Of a stretch of DNA of 64,000 nucleotides, positions 30,012 through 41,599 are shown piece after piece (positions within the stretch are counted from its first letter, which is position 1; each line of letters begins with the position of its first letter). The position numbers were made by a program, and so were the translations under genes. Below the pieces are notes generated by a model. That model searched no databases. It was not told where the DNA came from and worked only from the letters and a program-made list of their open reading frames with translations. Source of the stretch: Histomonas meleagridis 2922-C6/04-290x (Eukaryota; Protista; Parabasalia); NCBI GenBank assembly GCA_020184695.1, contig JAANOX010000074.1, positions 6,417-70,416 on the forward strand, read 5' to 3'.

Positions 30012-33000
30012 ATGGATTCGATTTCTGAGATTAAAACAGAAAACAAAATTGATATTCCTACCATCTCCAAGAACCTATATAATTTCCGTGTAACTATGAA
30101 TTCTTCCATGCTTAGTGCATTTCCGGAAGAAAAAATTATAGAAATTTTTAAAAAAATCTTTCTTCAATTAATGAAATGCTGTGAATTCGATTCCCCATCC
30201 ATAATCGTATCTACATACTCGGCTACAACTGCTTTTTTAACAAAGCTCATTCGTTTTTATCCAAATGAAATACAAAAAGCTTTTTACAAAGTAGTAACAG
30301 AAGCACCAGTAAAATCCAACGCATCCACCCTTGTTATTGCATCTTTTGCATTTATTACCAACTTTATTGCTAAACCATATCTTGACGATTATGTCAATAG
30401 TCTACCGATATATCATCTTTTTGTAAATTCTGAATCTGACCATCTTCCAACAATAATATCTAATCTCCCACAAATTGATTCTCAATGGTTTTTATCATTA
30501 CTTGAATATTTTGTACGTGATTTCAAGAAAACACATAATTCCAAAATAATGTTACCAATTCTTAAGATCATTGAACGTGATCCCAACACAATGATTCTTC
30601 CTGTTTTATCAAGTGGCGAAATATCTTTGATTTCATATGTATTATCGTCGATAAATAAACCTCTCGATCCGAAAATTGACTTATTAACGGTCGCGACCTC
30701 TGCCTTAAACGGCCTCGCGACTGCCAAGAATTCAGAAGTTGATGATTGTCTTGTAATATTATCATACCATCATCCATCATTTAATCTTAAGTTAGAATTA
30801 AATTCCGATAATACTGAACTTAAATTAATTCTCTCAGATAAAGAATCCACAACACTTTTAATTAATAATTATAAAAACATTCCATCGTTTTATTTATTAC
30901 AATTACCAATTACAATATTAACACCTAAAGAAGAAGATTCATTACAAATATTAACCAGTAAATTCAAAACACTTTCATATGAAATTAATAATTCCATTTT
31001 AGATGTTAATGAAACTATTGAACTATTTGATGAAATTACGCAATATGATAATGATAAAAGTAATTTAAAGTTATTATGTATTAAATGTATTTCCGAAATT
31101 ATAAATACACTTTTAACAAATGCTAAAGATCATAAAATAATATCTATAATTCGTCGAATTTTATTTGAAACTAAATTTGTTTCATGGGTACATTGTATGA
31201 ACATCTTGAAAGTGATTGAGAAAATCGAATTTAATTTATCCGATTATATAAGTAATCATGAAATCATTCATTTATTACTTAAATTTATGATGAATAAGAA
31301 TGAAAAACTTTCGTTTTCATCAATGAAATTAATTGTTACATTATCCGAGAAAAACTTTTATTTAGTAACTAACATTGTCTCACATAACATTGATTTCTTT
31401 TCTAATAAATCGGTACAAAAACATTTGAAACTTTTAGCGATGATATTAAAGAATAACAACTTTTCGAATTCTAAGACACATTTAACATGGATTATCCAAT
31501 TAATTACTGAGAACAAACAAGAATATATTTATGATCTTAAAACCATTTCATATATATTTGATTTCTTACAATATTTTAATTATGAGAAAACTTGTTTCAA
31601 GAAAATCGCTTTTAGTATATTAGCATTATCTGTTAATTATCTTAAAGGAATTGATTGCACTAAAAAAGTATATCAAAAGTATTCATATTTCGATAATGCA
31701 GTGATTGAATATATGAATTTAAAGTCATATGAAATCATATCTAAAAATGTCTTTAAATTCGAAAATCAATATCCGTTATTACGTAATGCTTATAACTTCT
31801 TAATGGAACAAAAGTTATCTCGAGCTCGATTTTACTTTTTAGTTGATACATTTTATGAATTTTTCCCATCGAAATCAATACAAAAAATAATCGAATTTCG
31901 TGATCAGAAATTAATGCAACGAATTATTAACAAAATTAATATTATCACTGATTCACATTTAATAGCATTAATAATACGGAAAATTGATAATGAACAATTT
32001 GAAACATTTGCAAATTATTATTTAAATCATCCAAATCAAGTTGACACTGATGATTTATTAGTGTTTGCAAATTATTTAAATAAATTTGGTACAAAATATG
32101 AAAATAATATTTCACAATTCCTTAATCAAATGAAAGATATTAATGAAACAAAAACTGATAAAAAAGATAAAATAATTTTATCAAATAATTTAGCTGTTAA
32201 AAGAAATAATGATGATCTTAATGACATGTTTAATTATTCGTATAATATTTCATCAATTAAATCACAAAAGTTTTATTTGTTATTATCAGCAATTCATCGA
32301 TTTAAGATTACAATCAATGAAAATTATAACTTATCAATAAAAATCATTAAATTCATAACGAAACATAACATTAAGTTAAATAATTCTAATCAAATATTAA
32401 AGGATTATATATTAAATATTATTAATAAAAGACAAATTCGTAAAAAAGATTTAATGAAATTAAGTAAATTAATTCCATTAATAAACGATGATATTCCTGA
32501 ATTATATAAATTCATTTCCGAACAATTTAATGATCCGAAACATTATCAAATTAAAATAATTTTAACTTCTTTGTTGGTATTACGATCAAAAGACATACCA
32601 AATGAATTTGTTGATTCAATATTTAATGTAATTAAAACAAATACTAATGAATTATCAATCAGAGAGACTTCGTTTTGTTTGGTTTTTCTTTCGGAAAAAA
32701 TTAAATTTAATGAACAACAAAACTCGATAATGCGATCATTGTTTAGTTTTTGTGGATTATTAACTACTGAAATTTCATTGTTGTATTCCATTATAATATC
32801 TCAGGCTCAATCGTCTAACTCTAAATTTGTTATAGGTAACTTAAATCATCAAATTTCAATGTTCTTCGACTCTGAAATCCCATCGTACTATTGTAACGGT
32901 ATCCGTCTCCTCAGAAAATGTTTAAGTTCAATGAATTCGAAACAGTTCACTAAAATAATTGAACCGTCATTTGAATTGATCATTGAAAAAGCACTTTTTC

Positions 33001-33662
33001 ATAAGTCTATTTACCAAGTCAATAAAATCACAGCAATGTTCCTCAATTCTATATTACAAAGAGATTTACCGAAACTTCATTATGAAATTAATAAGAACAT
33101 CACCGATCTAATCCCTTCTTCAAGATTATATATCCTTTTAATTCCTCAGTTATTACGAATTAATGTTGACAATGATGAGTTTTTCATAAAGCTATCAAAT
33201 GCAGCAGATTCAATTTTGAACGAAAAACAGTTTGATTTGATTCAAATTTACTTCGATTCAATTTTGACAAGTATTGAAAACGTGGAAAACCGTCGGGCGT
33301 CTTCTTTAAGATGTACACCATTATTTATCGAAAGTATTCGTGGATATGATAGTTATAACATGAATGTAATTATAGAGAAATGGTTAACATTTATGAAGAA
33401 GAATGTTAATGATGAAGAAATTTTGAAGATAATGTGTCAAAATATGATGAACAATTTCCGAAGGTTTTTCCCATTTTTCCATGAGTTTGCGAAAGAGTTT
33501 TTGAAGTGTAAGGAAAAGAATGAAAGTTTTTGTGATGACATAATAAAATTAGCAATTGAAAATCAAAAAGATGAAACACATAAATGCGCATTAGAATTAT
33601 TGTCTGCTAATAATGTAGCTGAGGCATTAGACATTGCATTACTTGAACCTAAATTTATATAA
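30012..33662 (+). CDS. Large helical-repeat (HEAT-like) protein, unknown function
   Basis: 1216-aa ORF; M3-like AACGGTTG at 29969-29976 upstream. Confidence 0.8.
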   Translation: MDSISEIKTENKIDIPTISKNLYNFRVTMNSSMLSAFPEEKIIEIFKKIFLQLMKCCEFDSPSIIVSTYSATTAFLTKLIRFYPNEIQKAFYKVVTEAPVKSNASTLVIASFAFITNFIAKPYLDDYVNSLPIYHLFVNSESDHLPTIISNLPQIDSQWFLSLLEYFVRDFKKTHNSKIMLPILKIIERDPNTMILPVLSSGEISLISYVLSSINKPLDPKIDLLTVATSALNGLATAKNSEVDDCLVILSYHHPSFNLKLELNSDNTELKLILSDKESTTLLINNYKNIPSFYLLQLPITILTPKEEDSLQILTSKFKTLSYEINNSILDVNETIELFDEITQYDNDKSNLKLLCIKCISEIINTLLTNAKDHKIISIIRRILFETKFVSWVHCMNILKVIEKIEFNLSDYISNHEIIHLLLKFMMNKNEKLSFSSMKLIVTLSEKNFYLVTNIVSHNIDFFSNKSVQKHLKLLAMILKNNNFSNSKTHLTWIIQLITENKQEYIYDLKTISYIFDFLQYFNYEKTCFKKIAFSILALSVNYLKGIDCTKKVYQKYSYFDNAVIEYMNLKSYEIISKNVFKFENQYPLLRNAYNFLMEQKLSRARFYFLVDTFYEFFPSKSIQKIIEFRDQKLMQRIINKINIITDSHLIALIIRKIDNEQFETFANYYLNHPNQVDTDDLLVFANYLNKFGTKYENNISQFLNQMKDINETKTDKKDKIILSNNLAVKRNNDDLNDMFNYSYNISSIKSQKFYLLLSAIHRFKITINENYNLSIKIIKFITKHNIKLNNSNQILKDYILNIINKRQIRKKDLMKLSKLIPLINDDIPELYKFISEQFNDPKHYQIKIILTSLLVLRSKDIPNEFVDSIFNVIKTNTNELSIRETSFCLVFLSEKIKFNEQQNSIMRSLFSFCGLLTTEISLLYSIIISQAQSSNSKFVIGNLNHQISMFFDSEIPSYYCNGIRLLRKCLSSMNSKQFTKIIEPSFELIIEKALFHKSIYQVNKITAMFLNSILQRDLPKLHYEINKNITDLIPSSRLYILLIPQLLRINVDNDEFFIKLSNAADSILNEKQFDLIQIYFDSILTSIENVENRRASSLRCTPLFIESIRGYDSYNMNVIIEKWLTFMKKNVNDEEILKIMCQNMMNNFRRFFPFFHEFAKEFLKCKEKNESFCDDIIKLAIENQKDETHKCALELLSANNVAEALDIALLEPKFI

Positions 33663-34072
33663 ACAAAACACGTAATCTTTTGTTTTTTTAAAATTTGATG
33701 ATGAATAAAAGTGAGTTCATTATTAATTTCTTGTTTTTTGGTTGATACACTGAAAGATGCTAAGTTTTTTGTTCGCCCAGAATTTTGATTCAAAAGAGAT
33801 GCAATCGGAATTGAGCGAAAACAATCGGAATTTCTATGGGAAATGAAGCGTACTGATTGAAATCAATATCACCCGTACAATTTGCGCAAGTTGCCAAAAC
33901 ACCGCAAAATTTGTGGAATCTTTTCCCATCTCCCCTTTGCTTTTAGAAAAGGTTTTTTGTGGATATTTTTAATAACCGCAATTCCCCAGAATTTTCCTAC
34001 AGTCTTTTATTCAAATCTGCGTTGCTTTCAGTTGACTACTTAGAATTTTGAATACCGTTGAATATTCATTTG

Positions 34073-34858
34073 ATGCTTCGAGGCGCAAGCATATTAGTTG
34101 ATGTAGCAATGGGCTTTATCATTGACACACAACTCAAGTTCACAGATGAAGAACTTTCGACATTCCGAGAAATATTTTATCAGTTGATTACAAAGAAAAT
34201 TTCTCGTGAACAAGCACGTTCTCGTCTTCTTTCAATATGTAAAGTCGAAGACCCTTATACAAGAATTTGTGCAATCTTAGATACTGAGTTTCAACCAATT
34301 CCACCAGCTCCTAATGATGTGGTAGATAATTATGTCACAAGGAAAAAAACTAGAACATGGAATATTAACGAAGATAATAGACTTTATATGGGTGTATGTT
34401 TGTTTGGACCTGAAAATTGGAATGAAATTACCCCTTTTGTAGGTAATGGGAGACTTAGAAGTCAATGTTCTCAAAGATGGTTAAGGGTTCTTGATCCAAA
34501 AATATCAAAATCTGCTTGGTCTTATGAAGAAGATTCAATGTTAATTTATTTGGTAAATCTTTTTGGTGAAAAAAGTTGGATGAGAGTATCAAACCAAATT
34601 GGTACAAGAAGTGATGTTCAATGTAGATACAGATATCAACAACTTCAAAAAGAAATTAAAGAAGCAAAAGGTAATGGAGAAGTCCAAAAAGAAAAAAAGA
34701 TAAGTAACGAAAAGGATTTACAAAATCCACCAACTAATCAGACTTCTAATATGCAAGAATTACAAATTCCTTTGAACGAACCTATACCAAACATTACTAA
34801 CTCTTTTGGATTATTCCAATCGAATTCTTTATTTGATTCAACAATTTGGCTTAACTAA
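34073..34858 (+). CDS. R2R3 Myb-like DNA-binding protein
   Basis: Two Myb repeats: WNINEDNRL...W..I...R..SQCSQRW and WSYEEDSML...W..VS...RSDVQCRYRY; start codon uncertain. Confidence 0.93.
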   Translation: MLRGASILVDVAMGFIIDTQLKFTDEELSTFREIFYQLITKKISREQARSRLLSICKVEDPYTRICAILDTEFQPIPPAPNDVVDNYVTRKKTRTWNINEDNRLYMGVCLFGPENWNEITPFVGNGRLRSQCSQRWLRVLDPKISKSAWSYEEDSMLIYLVNLFGEKSWMRVSNQIGTRSDVQCRYRYQQLQKEIKEAKGNGEVQKEKKISNEKDLQNPPTNQTSNMQELQIPLNEPIPNITNSFGLFQSNSLFDSTIWLN

Positions 34859-35609
34859 ACTTTGATCCAAAAAAATTTTTATATATAAATTTTAATTTGC
34901 TGATTTTGATGAATTTTTTGATAAAACATCGAAATTTTTCTTTGTGGGAATCAAATTGGCAAGAACATTTTCATGAAAATCAATTTATCTAATAAATATC
35001 ATGAATTATAAATATTACAACAAAATTTTCAATTATATAAATAATAAGTGACTTATGAGTGAATTGAACATATCGGATTTTTCGATTTTGTAAATCATGC
35101 AAATAAAACATGTTTTTCAATTCAATTTTTTATTCATAATTGATGCTGATGAACCAAATAATTTTGCTAATATTATTACTGGCAACGAAAACTGGTTTAA
35201 ATATGCATGGGCATCAAAGCCAGTTTCTGTCACACCAAAAGCTCTAATATTTTTACAAGAATACACTTCGCGCTGTTTACTTCGCTTTGCTCGGCAAACA
35301 ATAAGAAATTTTTAAAATAAACTCAATGAGATATAGATATAAAATTATATAAAAGATAAGAGAAAAATATTGGGAACGATAAAATATTGTGTTAATTTTA
35401 ACAAAAACGCATAATCATATATAGTTAGAATATATCCTATTAAATAGAAAATAAAATAAATTTAATATAAAAAAGTGCATGTAAAAATAATAATAAATAT
35501 AAATGAGGTAAGCGGGTCGTTATTAGATACTTTACCATATCGGCCAGCATGAAACATTATATTGACGGTTATGACCGATACACGTTCAAAATTTAATTGA
35601 ATTTTTGCA

Positions 35610-36055
35610 ATGACGAAGAATTACACTCTTGTTCCATCAAATAAAATTGGCATTGGTGAAAATGTAATGCTTCGCGATCACTATTGCCGTGTAACTGATG
35701 TTGATGTGTCTTACTCGGCTTTCACTACATCTAGATCATTTATTGGAACTGAACTTTCAACAGGGATTCAATATGCACAATAATCTGGAAAACAAGAGGA
35801 CATGGAGCGCATAATAATGTTATAGTTCCGAATGGCGAATATTATACTCTTATCGACATTGATGGAAATAATACAAAACTTCTTGATCTTCAAGGAAATA
35901 TTCGTGACGATGTTAAACTTGGTGATGACGAACTTAGCCAAAAAATCAAATCAGATTTTATCGTTAGTCAAAGAATCGTAGTTAATGTTCTTACATATAA
36001 AGGCAAGACCAAAATCATCGAATACAAAAAGGAATCGATGTGTGAAAGGCTTTAA
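35610..36055 (+). pseudogene. Divergent eIF5A-like gene lacking the hypusine loop, with an in-frame stop and a frameshift
   Basis: MTKNYTLVPSNKIGIGENVMLRDHYCRVTDV...FIGTELSTG (stop at 35781-35783), then in a shifted frame VPNGEYYTLIDIDGNNTKLLDLQGNIRDDVKLGDDELSQKIKSDF...VVNVLTYKGKTKIIEYK. This follows the eIF5A SH3+OB pattern. Not in the ORF track. Confidence 0.7.
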
Positions 36056-36114
36056 AAAAACAATCTATATAAAAATTATATGACTATATTATTTACTTAT
36101 AAAAATCATAAGTG

Positions 36115-38060
36115 TTAAATGAAATTGTCCTCTTTGAAATCATCCGCAAATGGGTCTTCTTCGATGTGCGGAACCGATAATCCTCCTGTGAATGTACACG
36201 TTGCTTCAGAATTGTTTTGTTCATCAACGGCAATTTCTGAAGCACTGTTCGCTTTCTTCCTGTTTCGAATCTTAATCAATACAACAACAACTATAACCAC
36301 TATAACTACAACAACTGCAACTGAAACACACACAGCTGTTGTTGCTGTGTTGTTACTCTCTGATGCTTCATGTGCATAATAAACAGTGAATAAGTTGATG
36401 TAATAACTTTGGTAAAACGAGTAAACAACAACAGTGAAATCGTAGTAGATGAATTTTACTTCGAAGTGAGTGCAAACTGAGCCAGAGGCAGAGATGGAAA
36501 GCGTAAGGGAAAGTGTGGATTTGAGAATGGAAATCGTCTGCGTAAACAATAACGAATGTGTCAGCTTAACTGTATTTGTGAAAGATGCACCGCTCAAAAG
36601 CGACGCAGTAAATGTATTTGATTCTGCAAATGTATCGTAAAATGAACTTACTTCTGAAAATGTATTTTCTTGTTCAAGCGTATTTGATTTTGTAAATGCA
36701 TTAGACTTAATAAATGTATTTGATTTAGTAAATGTATTAGACTTAGTAAATGTATTTGATTGTGTTAATGTGTTAGACTTACTAAATGTATTCGATTGTG
36801 AAAAAGTATTTGATATAGTAAATGTATTAGACTTAGTAAATGTATTAGATTGTGTTAATGTATTTGATTGAGTGAATGTGGCTGTAGGTGGAATGCATTC
36901 AGCAATTGTTATTCCCTTTGAAACAGCAAAAACACCAAATGCATCATCTTGATATGATGCCAGCGTCATAACATACTTTGCTGGTACATTGGTAAAAACA
37001 TTTTCTTCAATTGTAGGGGAGTTTTGTCCATAGAAATAAATGCATTCGAGTGAAGTACAATCTTCAAACGCAAATTTCTCTAATAATGTAACTGAACTTG
37101 GAATTGTAACACTTTTCAAGAAAGAACATTTATTAAATAATTGCTGCGATATTGTCGTCAATTTTTCTCCAATGATAACTATTTCTAAACCAGATTCTTG
37201 AAATGTGCCGAGTCCAAGTGAAGTAACTGAACTAGGAATTGTGATACTTTTTAAAGAAGTGCATAAAGTAAATGCAAATTTACCTGTTGTTTCTAAATTT
37301 TTTCCTAAAGTGACTGTGATAAATAATAACAATATGCAAATGCATTAGTATCAATCAAAGTGACTGAGTCTGGAATTATGATAGCTTTCAAAATAGTATA
37401 TTGAAAAGCTTGTTTATCAATTGTTTGTACATTTTCTCCAATAATAGCTTCTTCTAATGAAGAACACTTAAAAAATGCAGACATTGGGATCATTATGATT
37501 GAATTTGGAATTGTTATACTTTTTATTAAAGAACATGAACTAAATACCCATTCATCAAGTGATATAACTGAATTAGGAATTTTTATACTTTTCAATGAAG
37601 AACATGAAGAAAATGCTCGATCCCCAATTGAATTCAATCCTTCGCTAAAAGTAACCACTTCTAATGTTGTACATGATTCAAATGCAGATGCCCCAATTGT
37701 CGTGACTGTGCTACTGATTTCTACTGATATTAATTGAGGCCATTCAAGGAATGCATTTGATGGAATTTCTTGGATTCCATTACTAATTACGATATATTTC
37801 GTGGTTGCTTTGTATGTATCTGCAAAATCATTTGAACTTGATACTGTAAGTGTTCCAGCATTAAATACTTCATGTGTATGTGTCAAAAACAAAACAATAA
37901 AAAATGATAGAATATTTTTATCTTGATTTTCGTTGTTGAAAATATTGCAATCGAATGGCTTTCTGGAAAAAACTTTAGTTTTCTTGAAAAATGAAAAAAT
38001 TATGAAAAACATAGTTGAAGAAAATGTAAAAAATACAGTATAAAAATTACCTAAAATCCC
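36115..38060 (-). CDS. BspA-like LRR (TpLRR) surface protein split by a 1-nt frameshift near 37320
   Basis: TpLRR units (SIKIPNSVISLDEWVFSSC), SNTFT stalk repeats, TM helix VCVSVAVVVVIVVIVVVVLI and tail EEDPFADDFKED. ORFs 37305-38294 and 36115-37332 overlap in different frames. True start uncertain. Confidence 0.85.
36675..36885 (-). repeat. 18-bp coding tandem repeats (SNTFT[K/Q/I]) of the BspA stalk
   Basis: Repeated aatgtatt(a/t)ga units on the plus strand; boundaries approximate. Confidence 0.8.
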
Positions 38061-38470
38061 ATTTTTCGCTTGTATGTAGGGGATTATATCATTTTGCTCG
38101 ATACTGTTACTTTTAGAATGATTAAAATACTTCTCTTTGTAGAATATAGTTATGGTGCAAATAATAGAATGAACTATAACAGACATGACAATTATTATGA
38201 GTTTTGTTTTAAGATTTCGAAAGTCTTGCATCGAAGCCAGGAAATAAAGTTCAGTGATTCTGAATCGAACGAATTTAAAATTTCTGGGAATCATTCAAAT
38301 TGAGTAGGTTTATATCAAATCTGACTAAACTATTCAAATTTTGAGTTAATTGAATACATCTATCAAAAGCTGAAAACGTTGTGATTTTTCAATAGATTTC
38401 AATCGTATTTTATATTTATTTTAAAATATTTTTTATGCTTTATAATCAATTATATGAAATCGGGATGTTA

Positions 38471-39700
38471 TCATTTTAACATCTTTTGATATTCCTGTAT
38501 CATATCCATTGCTTTCCTTACGCTTGTTTCCAATGGAACGTTCCTTAAAACAAATTCCACACTCTTTGCCACGATGTTTACTGTCTTTTCCTCAATTTTA
38601 CTTGACTTGAACCTAAACATTCCATTTAACACATTTTTACCATTTCCATCGACCGAAAAACTTGAATGCGAAATCAAAGGATCACAGTTTGCATCCTTCA
38701 CAGATGATTTCATAAAGACATCATCAACAATCCCAGCGATTTTGAATCTTCCAATGTTCGATAACTCTAAACCAATTCCAGGAATTACCTTATTCTCAGG
38801 TGGTGTTAGAGAGTTTAAGAAAGAAAAGTGATGACCTTTTTGGATTTTGAGATTAAAATCGTTTCGCATTTTCTCTCCGACTTCTTTTAAGGTCATTTTC
38901 TCATTAAAACCTTTAAATGAAGGCGTTATGTTTGAATAATGATTACAAACATTCCATCCACGAAGATTCTGTGAAAGAAATTTACGCATATCAATGCATG
39001 TGGCAATTCCTGTTTTATCAATTCGATCATTTATAGCGGAAACTGCTAATATATATGATGTCCATAATATTTCTGTTAATCCTTTAACTTGTTTTGTGTA
39101 TTTATTATATATTTTTAATTCTTGAATTGGAATTCTAATTTTAACATGTTGGGCATATAACGGATTGCATTGTGTTATGTTTTGTTTAGTTTGGACGCGA
39201 CATATTTCTGGATCTGTAAATAAATATTCACATTGTTCAGTGGATTTTGAATGAATTTGCTCCCAAAAATTATTGGTAATGTTTGAAGGAAGATGTGGAA
39301 ATGGTGGAATTTCTCTATCAATATGGGAAATTGCATCAGTTACATTTATTAAATAAACACCATCTGCACATAAATGAGCACTATTTAAGACAACAGTGTC
39401 AGAGTTAACACCAACAGTGACTAATGATTTTGTAAAATTAGGAGAATGATTTTCATACATATATTTGGCGGCATCTGAAAGTTCATTAAAGTTTGGGATA
39501 GTAACTGGTTCAACTTTTTTCTTTTGATAGAAGAAATTGGTTTCATTTGTGGATAAATGGAAACCTAAAACAAATTGTGATAATTTTTCAATAACTTCAG
39601 GAATTCTTTGCGGCGGATTAATTCGCATTGCAAGTTGAAGAATCCCTTGGGATTTATTGTAGAATTGATCAATAAGAGACATTTTTGTTGTTTCAGTCAT
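38471..39700 (-). CDS. CoA-dependent acyltransferase / condensation-domain-like protein
   Basis: HxxxDG motif (AHLCADGV); 409 aa; layout like alcohol acetyltransferase-type proteins. Confidence 0.65.
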   Translation of the reverse strand: MTETTKMSLIDQFYNKSQGILQLAMRINPPQRIPEVIEKLSQFVLGFHLSTNETNFFYQKKKVEPVTIPNFNELSDAAKYMYENHSPNFTKSLVTVGVNSDTVVLNSAHLCADGVYLINVTDAISHIDREIPPFPHLPSNITNNFWEQIHSKSTEQCEYLFTDPEICRVQTKQNITQCNPLYAQHVKIRIPIQELKIYNKYTKQVKGLTEILWTSYILAVSAINDRIDKTGIATCIDMRKFLSQNLRGWNVCNHYSNITPSFKGFNEKMTLKEVGEKMRNDFNLKIQKGHHFSFLNSLTPPENKVIPGIGLELSNIGRFKIAGIVDDVFMKSSVKDANCDPLISHSSFSVDGNGKNVLNGMFRFKSSKIEEKTVNIVAKSVEFVLRNVPLETSVRKAMDMIQEYQKMLK

Positions 39701-40351
39701 TGATTTGCCCTAAAAAAACGATTATAAAGACCATAACTAAATTGACTAAACTTCGTTCTGGGGTATCGCTTAAGTTTGAAAGAAAATAAATGACAAAAAT
39801 CTCATTTCAATTAAATTATCCTTTGTCACAAAAAAAATTATCTGAAAAAAATAAAATATTCAATGAACTCAATTTAATCAATAGATTCGTTACAGTAACA
39901 CTTTTTGTGTAACAAACAGACACAAAAAGAATGGTAAAGTCGTGAACATATTGCAGAATTAAGTTTTTACTTATAAGTGTCAGATGCAAGCACTTGACAA
40001 TTTTGTTGTTATTTGGTATTGACAAAAAAATTTATTACAAATATTAATTAATTGTTATTTGGCGTTGATAAACTTTGTCCATAATTTGTTCACATAGGCC
40101 TTCTATCATTCTAACAAAATACATGGTAAATAATAATAAGTAACTCTTAATTAGTCCTATAGAATATTTTTTATTTTTTATCACAGCACTGAACATTGTT
40201 TTGAGTTGATAACGCTAAACAAAGGACACCACTCTTAGGTCGCATGCATTATACGCCCATATAAAAACACTTGCCCAATTTGGCAGGTGTAAATTATTTA
40301 ACTTTTTTCACGTTCATTTTTTGTGTTTATAACCGTCCATGTTTTTATTCC

Positions 40352-40933
40352 ATGGGAGAAGATCTGAAAATAATTAAGATTGTTTTAATTGGTGATAGTT
40401 CTGTTGGTAAAACATCAATTCTTATCCGTTGGGCGCATGGGAAGTTCGAAAATACAGTTCAAACAATTGGAGTTGACTTCAGAAATAAGGTTGTAGAAAG
40501 GAATGGAATCAAGTATAAAGCACAAATTTGGGATACAGCAGGACAAGAAAAGTTTAAGTCTATCACAAAATCTTATTTTCAAAAAGCACAAGGAATAATT
40601 TTAGCATATGATGTAACATCCATATCATCATTTGAGCACATTCCCACATGGATCGAATCGATTAAGGAAAGCTGTTCTACACAAGTTCCTATTATCATAA
40701 TCGGAAATAAAATTGATTTAGAAGAAAAAGTTAATCGTGATGATGCATTGTATTTTGCTAATGCAAATAATTGCCCTTTCTTTGCTACATCGGCCGCTAA
40801 TGGAGAAGGAATCGAAGAAGCCATCAATCATTTAATTGACATGATTATTGAAAATGCAAATAGTCATGGATTTGAAATCGTTAACGATGTTCAGGTTCTT
40901 GATGATGGCTCTAAAAGAAAAAAATGTTGTTGA
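40352..40933 (+). CDS. Rab-family small GTPase (Rab1/Rab8-like)
   Basis: GDSSVGKT, TIGVDF, WDTAGQE, GNKID and TSA motifs; C-terminal CC; ATG at 40352. Confidence 0.93.
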   Translation: MGEDLKIIKIVLIGDSSVGKTSILIRWAHGKFENTVQTIGVDFRNKVVERNGIKYKAQIWDTAGQEKFKSITKSYFQKAQGIILAYDVTSISSFEHIPTWIESIKESCSTQVPIIIIGNKIDLEEKVNRDDALYFANANNCPFFATSAANGEGIEEAINHLIDMIIENANSHGFEIVNDVQVLDDGSKRKKCC

Positions 40934-41005
40934 AAGCAATTTTTAAAATTGCGTTTTATAAAACATTTTTCTTTTTTATACATAACATTCCGCATTCATT
41001 CAATA

Positions 41006-41047
41006 AACCGTTATTGCTTTCAATTTTGAATGCAATGGCCCACCTTT
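41006..41047 (+). promoter_or_regulatory. Trichomonad M3 plus M5 core promoter of RPL6
   Basis: AACCGTTA (41006-41013) fits M3 (DRCSGYTD); CCTTT (41043-41047) just upstream of ATG 41054 fits M5, described for T. vaginalis ribosomal-protein genes. Confidence 0.6.
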
Positions 41048-41053
41048 AAGCAA

Positions 41054-41518
41054 ATGGCCGAACTCCTTTTCATCGCACCAATACAAAAGAAGGACCCACG
41101 TAAGCCAACATGGCACGGCATCCCACGTGTAGCTTTAACTCGCCCAGCAGTTGCAGCAGAAATTGACCCAATCAAGCCAGAAGAAATACCAGTTCCAGAA
41201 AGAAAAACACGTGAATCCCTTCAAATTGGAACTATCGCAATTATTCTTGATGGTGAATTCAAGGGTAAGCGCGGCGTTGTAATCGCTGATAATGGAAAAG
41301 GTATTGTCAAACTTAACGGACCAGCAATCAAGCCAGTTGAAATTGACCAAGATTTCTTAATTGCCACATCTACAAAATTAGAAATCGGTAAAGTTGATGA
41401 AGCCGGATCTGCTGCCGCCATCGACGCAGCTGCACAAAAGATCCCAGAAATGGTTGATTACCTCAAGTCAACATTTACACTCAAGTCAGGCGACCGCCCA
41501 CACTTGATGAAATTCTAA
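41054..41518 (+). CDS. RPL6: 60S ribosomal protein L6 (eL6)
   Basis: RESLQIGTIAIILDGEFKGKRGV KOW motif, GP...V.IDQDFLIATSTK, and C-terminal YLKSTFTLKSGDRPHLMKF. Confidence 0.93.
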   Translation: MAELLFIAPIQKKDPRKPTWHGIPRVALTRPAVAAEIDPIKPEEIPVPERKTRESLQIGTIAIILDGEFKGKRGVVIADNGKGIVKLNGPAIKPVEIDQDFLIATSTKLEIGKVDEAGSAAAIDAAAQKIPEMVDYLKSTFTLKSGDRPHLMKF

Positions 41519-41599
41519 AAAATCAAATATAAATTTTAATTTGACTTTTTTGAGGAGTTTTGACTAAAAAACCGTTTTTCATAAAAGGCGGCAAAATCA

